DNA from: an uncultured virus (IMG/VR IMGVR_UViG_3300023179_000063)
Lineage: Duplodnaviria > Heunggongvirae > Uroviricota > Caudoviricetes > Crassvirales
Virus record (IMG/VR): IMGVR_UViG_3300023179_000063
Reading direction: 5' to 3' (one strand)
Length of the DNA stretch: 23,072 nucleotides
A program made the translations under genes and the position numbers. Within the stretch, counting starts at the first letter, position 1. Each line of letters opens with the position of its first letter. The notes below the pieces were generated by a model. That model did no database searches and had not been told where the DNA came from. It saw nothing but the letters and a program-made list of their open reading frames with translations. This document shows, one piece after another, positions 1 to 8,916 of this stretch.

Positions 1-150
1 ATGTGTTGATAAATAATCAAGTAAATATTTAGCATAAGTTACTAAATATTCTTGATTATTAAATGTAAATTGTGTTTCTTGTTTAATGATAGCTTCTTCG
101 TATGCTTGTTGAAACTGTTCAAATTTGTCTTGATTAAATAATTGTGTCAT
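1..150 (-). CDS. Small hypothetical phage protein, runs off the window edge (MTQLFNQDKFEQFQQAYEEAIIKQETQFTFNNQEYLVTYAKYLLDYLSTH...)
   Basis: Hand-translated open frame from ATG at 150, 7 nt after the polA stop, same strand as neighbours. Confidence 0.7.
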   Translation of the reverse strand, partial: MTQLFNQDKFEQFQQAYEEAIIKQETQFTFNNQEYLVTYAKYLLDYLSTH

Positions 151-157
151 ATTAATT

Positions 158-2017
158 TTATTTTTGCCAGTACGAATTTACGGAACAATCAACAATAACT
201 GGAACTTCTTTTAAAACTTTTTTAGCTGCATTTACCATTAATTCGTCTAATTTAATTTTCCATTCAAATGCTTGATTTTCATGACATTCAGTCTGTATTT
301 CATCATATACGGCTAATATAATTTTACAATTCCAATTATTTTTAAATATTTCTTCTTGTACATCTATTAAGGCTTGTTTTATAATATCTCCGTTTGTACC
401 TTGTATAGGACTGTTTTTAGAAGCTCTTTCAATAGACCCTAATAATTTAAAATCATCAGTATCTACTGCAAATTCCCATTCTGGAAACCATCTTATCCTA
501 CCATAAGGTAAAGCTGTTTTTATAAATCCTCTTTTCTTACCTAAATTACCTAATCCATTTAAGAATTTTTCTACTTTAGGTACTGCTGCAAAAAACTTAT
601 TAATAATTTCTTTAGCTTGTTTTACAGAAATATCCATAGTGTCAGCTAATTTGTATTCTGACATACCATAAGCTAAACCAAAATTAATAGTTTTTTGTAC
701 ATCTCTGTAAGTTACACCTTTTTTAAATGGAGTTTCTTTTTTTACATCTTCAATAGGTATATCAAATGTCATTGAACATAGAACAGAATGTAAATCTTGA
801 CCTTCTTTAAAAGCATTTAACCAAACTTCATCTTTACTAAATTCAGCTATAATACGAAGCTCCATACCACTAAAATCACCACCTACTATTTTATAACCTG
901 TTTCAGGAATAAAACAACTTCTAATAACTTTAGCTAAATCTCCTTTAGAAGGAATTTGATTTAAATTAGGTTCAGATACTGATATTCTACCAGTACTAAG
1001 AATTTGCCAGATATTAGCTCTAATTCTAGAATCTTCATCTACAAACTTTAAAAAGCCTTCACCAAATGAAGTTTTAAGTTTAGTAAATTTAGTGTAGGAT
1101 AATAAAGTTTTAATTAATGAATGTTTATTTTTAATTCTTTGAAGTTCTCTATCTCCAACTGATTCTAAAGTTGGTTCAATAGCTTTACATATATCTAACT
1201 TTTGTTGATTAGAAGACCAATTAATTTTAGATTCTTCTTCAAAATCAAACATTTTTAATTGAGTGTATTTAGGTCTAAATGAAATAAATTTATCATCAGT
1301 TTTAATAATGTTATCTAATTCATCTTCTAATTTAGTTGCTTCTAAATTAACTGTTTTAATAACTTCTTTCCATTTTAAAGTGTCTAATTTAACACCATTA
1401 AATTCCATTAAAGTAAATACTTTTACAACTTCATTTTCAAGATTTAAAACATTTATTAAATCTAATTCTAATAACTTAGTAATTTGAGCCATCATTATAT
1501 TTTCTAAATAAACAACATCATCTGCTGCATATTTAATAACTCTAGAATTTAAACCTACTTTATGAATTTCTCCTCTAACTGTTTTATCTAATTTAACATT
1601 ACAGTATTTTAAAGTTAATTCATCTAATCCTAAATTTCTAACATCTATACCAGTTGTTAAAATACATTCAGCTAAAAACGTATCATATATTTGCATTGAC
1701 CAAATATTAATACCATGTTTTAATAAGAATCTACCATCAAATTTAAAATTTTGTAAAAGAAACAATTTATTTGGGTTTTCAAAGTAAGTTGAAAATAACT
1801 TAATAGGAAATGAATCAGCTTCTATTACATATTGATTATTTTTATCTCCAAATTGGTAACAAAGAAGATCTCCTTTAATAGCACTAAAACCAGTAGTTTC
1901 TGTGTCAAATCCTATTATGTTATTTTCATCTAACCATTGATAAACTTCTGAAATATCTGTATCTTTTATATTTGGATTAGTAAAAAGTTGTTTATTTTTA
2001 CTTACAAAGTTTATCAT
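158..2017 (-). CDS. polA: Family A DNA polymerase with 3'-5' exonuclease domain and no 5'-3' exonuclease
   Basis: ExoI GFDTET, ExoII NFKFD, ExoIII YAADD; TGRIS..PNLNQIP; motif A DFSGMELRI; motif B KTINFGLAYG; motif C VYDE. Confidence 0.96.
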   Translation of the reverse strand: MINFVSKNKQLFTNPNIKDTDISEVYQWLDENNIIGFDTETTGFSAIKGDLLCYQFGDKNNQYVIEADSFPIKLFSTYFENPNKLFLLQNFKFDGRFLLKHGINIWSMQIYDTFLAECILTTGIDVRNLGLDELTLKYCNVKLDKTVRGEIHKVGLNSRVIKYAADDVVYLENIMMAQITKLLELDLINVLNLENEVVKVFTLMEFNGVKLDTLKWKEVIKTVNLEATKLEDELDNIIKTDDKFISFRPKYTQLKMFDFEEESKINWSSNQQKLDICKAIEPTLESVGDRELQRIKNKHSLIKTLLSYTKFTKLKTSFGEGFLKFVDEDSRIRANIWQILSTGRISVSEPNLNQIPSKGDLAKVIRSCFIPETGYKIVGGDFSGMELRIIAEFSKDEVWLNAFKEGQDLHSVLCSMTFDIPIEDVKKETPFKKGVTYRDVQKTINFGLAYGMSEYKLADTMDISVKQAKEIINKFFAAVPKVEKFLNGLGNLGKKRGFIKTALPYGRIRWFPEWEFAVDTDDFKLLGSIERASKNSPIQGTNGDIIKQALIDVQEEIFKNNWNCKIILAVYDEIQTECHENQAFEWKIKLDELMVNAAKKVLKEVPVIVDCSVNSYWQK

Positions 2018-2334
2018 ATTTTATTTTTAACTAATTTTTTGTTATATCGTTTTATAGCTAATTTATAAATACTTGAAGTGTAATCATAATGATTATAACC
2101 AATACTATTAAATACTTTTTGTTTCATGTGCCTTAATGCCCATTCATTATGAGAACATTTTACTTTAGCTTCTACATCTTCTAAAGAATATTTATTATAA
2201 TTCATACAAAACTCTAAATCATAAACAGTTACTTTTTTATAATAATGATCAATTAATACAGGAAAACCATTAACATTAAAATACCAATTAAATCGTTTTC
2301 TTATTTTTTTAAGTAGTTTTGTTTTCATAATCAT
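2014..2334 (-). CDS. Hypothetical protein
   Basis: 106-aa ORF, ATGA overlap with polA. Confidence 0.65.
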   Translation of the reverse strand: MIMKTKLLKKIRKRFNWYFNVNGFPVLIDHYYKKVTVYDLEFCMNYNKYSLEDVEAKVKCSHNEWALRHMKQKVFNSIGYNHYDYTSSIYKLAIKRYNKKLVKNKI

Positions 2335-2593
2335 CTATTATTGTTCTATACATTTTACTTCTTGTGTACCAACCATTCATTCCTGTCATAGCTTTATACT
2401 TTTCCATTGCTTCTATTTCTTTGTCTTTAATTTGTTCAATAGTTAAATCTTCATTTAATATTTCTTGACAAACTTCAGCTTCTATACCACAATTAAAATA
2501 AACATATCCAGGATTTTCTTTACATAAAAATTGATATTGTTTAGCTTTACTATCTCTGTATTGCTCTACTATTTCTTTTAATTTATTTTCCAT
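2309..2593 (-). CDS. Hypothetical protein
   Basis: 94-aa ORF overlapping both neighbours. Confidence 0.65.
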   Translation of the reverse strand: MENKLKEIVEQYRDSKAKQYQFLCKENPGYVYFNCGIEAEVCQEILNEDLTIEQIKDKEIEAMEKYKAMTGMNGWYTRSKMYRTIIDDYENKTT

Positions 2594-3107
2594 TTATTAA
2601 TTGTTTTAATCTGTTAACATAATTGGCATCAGTACAATAAACTTTAGATAATAAATTAAAATACTCTTCTTCAGTTGTAATGTAAAAAGCTTGTTGTATT
2701 TGCCAAGATTTTAAATCTAAAATACAATCTTCTATTGTTTCATATTTAGCAAAAGCTCCGTAATCATGACTATTAGTAGCAAAAGTAAACCTTTGTGCTG
2801 CAACTCTCATTCCAAGAATATTTTTATTAGTTTTAACTAAATTAGATTTAAGATTATTAGATTCAAGTTTAATTTGAGCTAATACAATTCTACTAAATTT
2901 AATACGATGTTTTTCTAAATGATTTTGAATACAGTTGTAATCTAAACTATCGTATAAACAATATTCTATATCTATTTTTTTACCTAAATCATTAATTTCA
3001 TTACTTTTTATTTTTATATAAATTAATGAAGCTAATAAAGCACCAATAACACAACCTATAATAAATATAGTTAGTATTATTTTTACATCTTTTATAAAAT
3101 CTTTCAT
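2583..3107 (-). CDS. Glucosaminidase (GH73/FlgJ-like) peptidoglycan hydrolase with N-terminal membrane anchor
   Basis: IVLAQIKLES, NILGMR, FAKYET, YCTDANY motifs; hydrophobic IILTIFIIGCVIGALLASLIYI. Confidence 0.8.
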   Translation of the reverse strand: MKDFIKDVKIILTIFIIGCVIGALLASLIYIKIKSNEINDLGKKIDIEYCLYDSLDYNCIQNHLEKHRIKFSRIVLAQIKLESNNLKSNLVKTNKNILGMRVAAQRFTFATNSHDYGAFAKYETIEDCILDLKSWQIQQAFYITTEEEYFNLLSKVYCTDANYVNRLKQLINGK

Positions 3108-3322
3108 ATTTTTATTTTTTCTTTTAAATTTAATTTTTTAGTATTATCTTTAAAATTATCTATTAACCAATTTAAATCAGCATCTATTCTTTTAAATAAT
3201 ACTTTTTCTTCTATAGTCAACAAATTCATATTAATATTTTTTCTTTTCATACCTGAAAATATATATTTAATATAATTTCTTTCTGTTGCTATTTCTTGTA
3301 ATGGAGTTCTAGGTTTTTTCAT
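3104..3322 (-). CDS. Hypothetical protein
   Basis: 72-aa ORF, ATGA overlap. Confidence 0.6.
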   Translation of the reverse strand: MKKPRTPLQEIATERNYIKYIFSGMKRKNINMNLLTIEEKVLFKRIDADLNWLIDNFKDNTKKLNLKEKIKI

Positions 3323-3323
3323 A

Positions 3324-3512
3324 CTAATTAATAACTTTTTGACCTAATTTAAATTGATTATAAGCTATTTCTGTAGCAATAATGTATTTTTCTAAATCTT
3401 CTTTTAATTTTTCAGGAATAGGATGAGTACAAATACCTTTTAACATTCCTATATGTTCACCTAGTAAAACTTCATATTGAATTTTAAGATGTTCTAATTC
3501 ACTAAACCCCAT
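3324..3512 (-). CDS. Hypothetical protein
   Basis: 62-aa ORF in tight packing. Confidence 0.6.
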   Translation of the reverse strand: MGFSELEHLKIQYEVLLGEHIGMLKGICTHPIPEKLKEDLEKYIIATEIAYNQFKLGQKVIN

Positions 3513-3810
3513 AAGCTGCTTTAATTAATTTTTCTCTGTTGACCCAAAGAAAAGTATTTTTTTTCAATATTTCTTCAATTTGCCAATTATTTTTAACATT
3601 TGTTGGTAAGTATAAACTAATAAAAGAGTTAATAGAATGTTTAATAATAATTTCATTTTCAATTTCTTTAGGAACATAAAAATACATAAACCAATCTACC
3701 CCATCTATTTCCATTTTAGGACCGTATTCTTCATATATTTCTTCAATAGTAATTTGATATGGAGCTAATAATTGATTTACTATTTTATTAAATTTGTGTT
3801 TTTTATTCAT
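3502..3810 (-). CDS. Hypothetical protein
   Basis: 102-aa ORF directly after a terminator. Confidence 0.6.
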   Translation of the reverse strand: MNKKHKFNKIVNQLLAPYQITIEEIYEEYGPKMEIDGVDWFMYFYVPKEIENEIIIKHSINSFISLYLPTNVKNNWQIEEILKKNTFLWVNREKLIKAAYGV

Positions 3811-3814
3811 AAGT

Positions 3815-3846
3815 ATAAAAAACTAAGTGGATTTCTCCACTTAGTT
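3815..3846 (-). terminator. Intrinsic terminator
   Basis: Minus strand AACTAAGTGGA-GAAA-TCCACTTAGTT (11-bp perfect stem, GAAA loop) followed by TTTT; intergenic. Confidence 0.85.
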
Positions 3847-3852
3847 ATAAAT

Positions 3853-4194
3853 TTAAAAAGGTAAAGGTTTAGTATTAATTCTGTCTTGAACTGAAGCATA
3901 CAGTAATGCTATGTATGTTCCTAAATCAGAACATTTTTCATCCCAAACAGATTGAGTAGGAATATTATTATTATCTTCATTTATTTTATCAATAATATCT
4001 AATACTGATACTAAATGTTTTAAAGCAAATCCAAATAATACTTTTTCTCTACATTCTCCTGCTATTTCAGCTCCTCTATTAAAGTTATGAAGTCTATCTC
4101 CTTCTATTGCATATTCTTTAGCTTTAACTACAAGATTATCATTAATAGTATGTAAATGAGTATCAATAGCTTGATTAAATTTTCCTGTGTCCAT
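3853..4194 (-). CDS. Conserved phage alpha-helical protein, possibly nucleotide-modification/pyrophosphatase associated
   Basis: KAKEYA..DRLHNF and EKCSDLGTYIALL pattern; function is a guess. Confidence 0.5.
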   Translation of the reverse strand: MDTGKFNQAIDTHLHTINDNLVVKAKEYAIEGDRLHNFNRGAEIAGECREKVLFGFALKHLVSVLDIIDKINEDNNNIPTQSVWDEKCSDLGTYIALLYASVQDRINTKPLPF

Positions 4195-4835
4195 TATATT
4201 AATTTTAATTGTTTTATTTCTGCTCTTAAATCTTGGTAAAAAGTAAAAATAATTTTTCTGTTTTCAAACGTATCTACTGGTGTATAAATAGGAAATCCTC
4301 CAGAAACATATCTTACTTCATCATCAACTATATATCCATTATTAGTTAAAGTATCCTCAAAAGTTTTCATGTAAACTGAAGCCATATTAGTTACATCCAT
4401 AGTTTTATGATTATAAGGAGCAAACCATTCTAATTGAATAACAATAGGATAATCAGTTTTAACAAAAGGTTTAAATTTTACTTCTTCTAATATTTCTTTA
4501 AAATAATCATGTAGTATTGTTACTATTTTAGCTCTAGTAAATTTACCTGAAGATGAATAAAATACTTGACCGTTAATAGGTACATATTTAGCTGTTCCTG
4601 CTGCAATAGGATTAGCTATTATTTTTTGACCTTTATCATCTAAAGCATATCCTAATAAATCATAACTTGTAGCTTTGTATTTTTTAGGTATATCTTTTAA
4701 TTCTTTCTTTACTTTACCTCTACCTGAATTTTGATGAAAATATTTTACATTTCTAGATTTAGAAATTTGTACTTGATAAATATATTCAGGTATTTCTAGT
4801 GTTGTTAATTTTTTAAATTGTTTTTCATCTAACAT
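4194..4835 (-). CDS. rusA: RusA-like Holliday junction resolvase with N-terminal extension
   Basis: C-terminal DVTN..KTFEDTL...GYIVDD matches the RusA DxDN..K...D.L....DD signature. Confidence 0.72.
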   Translation of the reverse strand: MLDEKQFKKLTTLEIPEYIYQVQISKSRNVKYFHQNSGRGKVKKELKDIPKKYKATSYDLLGYALDDKGQKIIANPIAAGTAKYVPINGQVFYSSSGKFTRAKIVTILHDYFKEILEEVKFKPFVKTDYPIVIQLEWFAPYNHKTMDVTNMASVYMKTFEDTLTNNGYIVDDEVRYVSGGFPIYTPVDTFENRKIIFTFYQDLRAEIKQLKLI

Positions 4836-4860
4836 TTATTTATGTTTTTTTCATTGCCCA

Positions 4861-5571
4861 TTATATTGCTAATTCTGCTGTAATAAAATTATGTACGTTA
4901 ATATGGTCTTTTAAATAATTATTTACAGTGCTTATTTTTAAACTTTCTGTAACATTATTATAAAAATCCCAAGCAGAATCTCCTTTAAAATTTACTGAAT
5001 TATACATACCATCTTTAATTATATCTAATTGAGCAGAAGTTATCATCTGTTCTTCTACATACATTCTACCTAATAATTCAGAACAAGTTTTCTTTGTTAT
5101 TTCTATATCTCTCATAGTATTTCTATCTTTAATAATAGATTCAAAAGACTTTTCAAATTTATCAATAGAAGATACAATAGTATTATTGATAATTTTATTG
5201 GCAATTCCTGTATGTTTTCTAATTAAAGAAACATCTCCAGCTATCATTCCGTTTTCACAAATCCATACTTGACCACCAATAGCTAATCCAGCAGACATTG
5301 TTTTATCGTAACTATTTCTAAATGCCATCATTAAACCTAATTCACTATCAGTATGTTCGATACCATAGTAACCTATTAATTTAGTTCCAGCATTATTAGC
5401 TTTATAATTACTTGTTTTAATTTTAAATCCTTTTATATCAAGTTGTTCTTTAATAGTTTCTATAATTTCTTTATGTGAAATTGGAGTGTAACTACTTGTA
5501 CTTAATGGTATAGGAATTTCTAACAATTCATTTTCTAATAAATTGTTTATTTTTAATCTTTCTTTACTCAT
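4861..5571 (-). CDS. DUF932/DUF945-like phage protein
   Basis: YTPISH, FRNSYDKT, VWICENGM, RKHTG, WDFYNNVT motifs. Confidence 0.75.
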   Translation of the reverse strand: MSKERLKINNLLENELLEIPIPLSTSSYTPISHKEIIETIKEQLDIKGFKIKTSNYKANNAGTKLIGYYGIEHTDSELGLMMAFRNSYDKTMSAGLAIGGQVWICENGMIAGDVSLIRKHTGIANKIINNTIVSSIDKFEKSFESIIKDRNTMRDIEITKKTCSELLGRMYVEEQMITSAQLDIIKDGMYNSVNFKGDSAWDFYNNVTESLKISTVNNYLKDHINVHNFITAELAI

Positions 5572-5840
5572 ATTGTATTAAATTTATCAAACAAAGAAAT
5601 AAGATAAGAATAATCTACATTTTCTTCATTTGAAATGTTGTTTTGGTTATTGTATTCGTATTCTGTAGAAGGTTCAAAATGTTTATAATTAACTCCACTC
5701 CAGCCATTTGGGCATCCTTTATCATCTATAAAATTACCTATATCTTCTAAATTTTTAGGATTTTCAATTTTATAAATTTTATTTAAAGTAAAAAAATCCC
5801 CGTCTTTTCCAATATCAATACATTTATAATATTCTGTCAT
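5568..5840 (-). CDS. Hypothetical protein with C-terminal DYSYLI motif
   Basis: 90-aa ORF; shares NGWS and DYSYLIS with the next gene. Confidence 0.7.
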   Translation of the reverse strand: MTEYYKCIDIGKDGDFFTLNKIYKIENPKNLEDIGNFIDDKGCPNGWSGVNYKHFEPSTEYEYNNQNNISNEENVDYSYLISLFDKFNTI

Positions 5841-6187
5841 GTTTCTAATTGTTTAATAAATGAGATTAAATAAGAATAATCTTGATTTAAATCTTTTTCT
5901 AATTCTTTTATTTCAAATGGTTTATCATATCTTTTATACTCACGTTCTTCTTCATAAGTAGCTTTTCTTACTTCTAAATTATTTAATTCTTTAGGAATGG
6001 GACTATCACTGGACCAACCATTACCAGAATTATTATTCATATCTTTTTTAACAAAAAAATAACCTTTATGACAATCTTTAAATAATTGATAACAATGATT
6101 TATAGGAATAGATGGAGCCCAACAATTTGGAGCTGTTTCACTACAAGCTGATAATAAAACTACATAATCTCCTTCTTTAAAATTCAT
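5837..6187 (-). CDS. Hypothetical protein with C-terminal DYSYLI motif
   Basis: 116-aa ORF, ATGA overlaps on both sides. Confidence 0.7.
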   Translation of the reverse strand: MNFKEGDYVVLLSACSETAPNCWAPSIPINHCYQLFKDCHKGYFFVKKDMNNNSGNGWSSDSPIPKELNNLEVRKATYEEEREYKRYDKPFEIKELEKDLNQDYSYLISFIKQLET

Positions 6188-6642
6188 ATATTATTTACTC
6201 CCATAAATAAACTTTCTAACCATTGATTTAATTCTTTAGATGTAGGTTTAATTAAATGTTTACATTCTCTTATGTCTATATTGTGGTGATATTTAACATA
6301 ACCTCCTGCATTACCTTTTTTAGCTCCAATTCGGAGGTCTAACCCGTATTTTGTACTTGTATTAAGTAATATTTTATCTCCTGTATATAATAACCAATAA
6401 TGAGCACCTCCAGATTTAGTATTATAATGAAATGTGTAATTCATTTCTTTTAATTCTTCTTCAGGAATATTATCAAAACCGTTTTTACCGTTTTTAACAT
6501 CTACATCTAATATTATATACTTATCTGAAGGACATACAGCTAGTGCATATCCTTCAGGTACTTCTCCTTCAAAATAGGTTTCATCAGGTATCATTCCCCA
6601 TTTAACAATAGGTGTATTATTTTTAAGGAGGAAACTTTTCAT
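6184..6642 (-). CDS. Prim-Pol (archaeo-eukaryotic primase superfamily) catalytic domain
   Basis: IILDVDVK (DxD), TKSGGAHYW (TxSGGxH), GLDLR..GGYV. Confidence 0.85.
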   Translation of the reverse strand: MKSFLLKNNTPIVKWGMIPDETYFEGEVPEGYALAVCPSDKYIILDVDVKNGKNGFDNIPEEELKEMNYTFHYNTKSGGAHYWLLYTGDKILLNTSTKYGLDLRIGAKKGNAGGYVKYHHNIDIRECKHLIKPTSKELNQWLESLFMGVNNI

Positions 6643-6644
6643 AA

Positions 6645-6905
6645 TTAAAACTTATATTTATTCTTTGCTTCAGGTGTTGACCAATAATTTTTATAATTTC
6701 TATTAGCACAATATTGCCACAACCTATCTAATTCTTCTTGAATAAAATAATCATCATCTATTTCTTTTTCCAACTCTGTTTCTACATCTTCTAAATCTAA
6801 ACCTAAATGTTGACTAAATCCGATGATTATTGTTACTGTTGAGTTACGGTTACCATAATCAAATGATAGTTCATTTTCATCAATAAATTTTCTTAATCTG
6901 TTCAT
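6645..6905 (-). CDS. Small protein, possibly a primase C-terminal (PriCT-like) helical domain
   Basis: GNRNS motif, helical; adjacent to the Prim-Pol gene. Confidence 0.45.
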   Translation of the reverse strand: MNRLRKFIDENELSFDYGNRNSTVTIIIGFSQHLGLDLEDVETELEKEIDDDYFIQEELDRLWQYCANRNYKNYWSTPEAKNKYKF

Positions 6906-7765
6906 ATTTTATATTTCCATTTATATTCTCCTGTTTTTTTTCGTTTTCCAGTGCAAACAGAAGAAATGTTTTTATTATTTAATTTTAATTGCCTTGAAGC
7001 TTCCATTACACTACACCATTCCTTTATAAAATTACCATCTAAATCATATTGTAAAACAATTTTAGAATTAACTTTAATAAGTTTTTGTTTATTAGATTCT
7101 GACATTTTTAATCTATTACTATTTTTACTCATTTTCAATTTTGTTTCTTCAGATAATTTTTTACCTTTATTTGCTATAGATAATTTTAATCTAGTTTCTG
7201 AAGAAACTTTATGTCCTAAAAATCTTTTAGATAAATTTTCACAAAATTCTTTATTTCGTTTTTTACCTTTATTTTTTAAAGAAATTTGAAATTTAAGTTC
7301 TTCAGATCTGTTTTTAACTGCTTCTCCTATTTTTCTTTTTGTAATATCAGACATTGGTGGTCTTTTTTTATTAGAAATACTCATTTTTTGTTTAGATTCA
7401 TTAGACATCTTTCTTCCAATTTGCCAAGAAGACATTTTTTTTCTAGTTTCATCACTAACAAAATTATATTTATCTCCTAATTTAGGTAATTTACAATTTA
7501 AATTTTCAGGTTCTAATACATTAAATCCAAAACCTATTAAAGTTTCATATTTTAACATTTCTTCAATAGGACCTTCCCATATTATTTCAAATTTATGATT
7601 ATTGAAACCATGTTTATTAAAAGAATTATACAATTTAATTTGAGATTTTCCTAAAGTAGATTTATAATGTGTAATTCTTCTTTTAAAATTTATTGTAGAA
7701 CCAATGTAAATTTTATTACTAGGACTGGTGATCATGTAAATTATTCCATTTTTAATATTTGTCAT
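6902..7765 (-). CDS. Free-standing GIY-YIG homing endonuclease with NUMOD3-type repeats and C-terminal NUMOD1-type HTH
   Basis: GIIYMITSPSNKIYIGST..R..E; about six repeats like SDETRKKMS/SEETKLKMS; VLQYDLDGNFIKEW..EASRQL..ISSVC..YKWKY. Confidence 0.92.
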   Translation of the reverse strand: MTNIKNGIIYMITSPSNKIYIGSTINFKRRITHYKSTLGKSQIKLYNSFNKHGFNNHKFEIIWEGPIEEMLKYETLIGFGFNVLEPENLNCKLPKLGDKYNFVSDETRKKMSSWQIGRKMSNESKQKMSISNKKRPPMSDITKRKIGEAVKNRSEELKFQISLKNKGKKRNKEFCENLSKRFLGHKVSSETRLKLSIANKGKKLSEETKLKMSKNSNRLKMSESNKQKLIKVNSKIVLQYDLDGNFIKEWCSVMEASRQLKLNNKNISSVCTGKRKKTGEYKWKYKI

Positions 7766-7780
7766 ATTTTATATTTTTGA

Positions 7781-7812
7781 CAAATATAAAACATTAATTG
7801 CACAATGACAAA
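7781..7812 (-). promoter_or_regulatory. Bacteroidota housekeeping-sigma promoter for the GIY-YIG gene
   Basis: -33 TTTG (7812-7809), 20-nt spacer, -7 TATATTTG (7788-7781), 15 nt before the ATG. Confidence 0.7.
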
Positions 7813-7994
7813 TAAGGATTCTCACTAATCCACTGTTTAACTTCTTCTTCTGTCATACCTAAATTATCCCAATCTTTATGTGCTATTTTAGACCAAGTAT
7901 CTGAATTATTAGGTACAGATTTTTGTAATTGCTTTATATTTTGCAATTCTCTCATTAATTTTTCTAGTTCACTCATTATTTTAATTATTTTCAA
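7794..7994 (-). CDS. Hypothetical protein
   Basis: 66-aa ORF; true start may be the second Met (MSELEK). Confidence 0.6.
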   Translation of the reverse strand: MKIIKIMSELEKLMRELQNIKQLQKSVPNNSDTWSKIAHKDWDNLGMTEEEVKQWISENPYLSLCN

Positions 7995-8175
7995 TATTAG
8001 TTAATGTAAATACTTCTTGCCAATCATTTAAACAGCCTCTACATTCTACTTTTCTATAAATTTCTTTAGCAGAAGAATACTCAAATTCTTCTGCTGTTAA
8101 ATCCAAACTATTACATATAGGACAACAATCTGGATCTTCAAAATATTTATTTTTTATAATTTGTGTTATATCCAT
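7981..8175 (-). CDS. Small zinc-ribbon protein
   Basis: CPIC and CRGC..W pairs. Confidence 0.7.
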   Translation of the reverse strand: MDITQIIKNKYFEDPDCCPICNSLDLTAEEFEYSSAKEIYRKVECRGCLNDWQEVFTLTNIENN

Positions 8176-8915
8176 TATATAATTGTCTTTAATATAAACA
8201 TTTCTTCAGGACTCATTTTTAATGTTTTCTTCCATTCTAATAATATTTTTAATACAATTTCAAATTGTTGTATTGTATCATTATAATATTTAGTACCCTT
8301 TTCTGTTTTATAATAATTTTCAATTTTAATTGTTTCTTCTATTATTGATATATATTTATCAGTTACAGAAGTTAAATCAAAACCTCTATCAGTATATTTA
8401 ACTACTCTTTCAAATTGTCTTAGTAATCTTTTAACTGACCAGAAATCATCTTTTTTATAAAATACAGGATTGTGTTTATTCCAAGTACCGTCCATTCCTG
8501 TAGACTGTCTTAAAGAAATTGTTTGTTTTGTTTTAATATCATAAGCTGTTGTTATAATATCTAAATCAAAATTACTAATTACATCAAATATTGTTCTATT
8601 AAACTTTTTAAAAATAACATTAACATCTACTAATAAATTGTATTTAAATTTAATAGTAATTAAACCAATAGAATCTAAAGATGATTTATCATTTTTAATG
8701 TAATCATTAAACTTATGTTGTTCTAATGGGTCTAATATTTGAAACATTGGATTGTATTTCATAAAAAAGAGCAGCTCCGTAAAGCTGCTCTTAGTGTAAG
8801 TAAATACATCAATATCTTGTCCTTCAAAGTAATCAAGTAAACAAGAACCAGTTATACACCCGTCTATATCTTGCTCTTTAATTAAATTGATAGCATTATC
8901 AATGTGTTGCTTCAT
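8175..8915 (-). CDS. Pol-beta superfamily nucleotidyltransferase (CCA/poly(A) polymerase-like head)
   Basis: CITGSCLL...DIDVF (GS plus DxD), FDLDIITTAYD, R..KYTDRGF. Confidence 0.72.
   Translation of the reverse strand: MKQHIDNAINLIKEQDIDGCITGSCLLDYFEGQDIDVFTYTKSSFTELLFFMKYNPMFQILDPLEQHKFNDYIKNDKSSLDSIGLITIKFKYNLLVDVNVIFKKFNRTIFDVISNFDLDIITTAYDIKTKQTISLRQSTGMDGTWNKHNPVFYKKDDFWSVKRLLRQFERVVKYTDRGFDLTSVTDKYISIIEETIKIENYYKTEKGTKYYNDTIQQFEIVLKILLEWKKTLKMSPEEMFILKTII
8761..8792 (-). terminator. Terminator-like hairpin inside the nucleotidyltransferase gene
   Basis: AAGAGCAGCT-TTACGG-AGCTGCTCTT (10-bp perfect stem) followed by TTTT on the coding strand. Confidence 0.55.
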
Positions 8916-8916
8916 A

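Noticed and set aside
6902..7765. GIY-YIG gene as part of a second intron
   Set aside because: No P/Q/R/S elements; it overlaps the downstream gene and only 28 nt lie upstream
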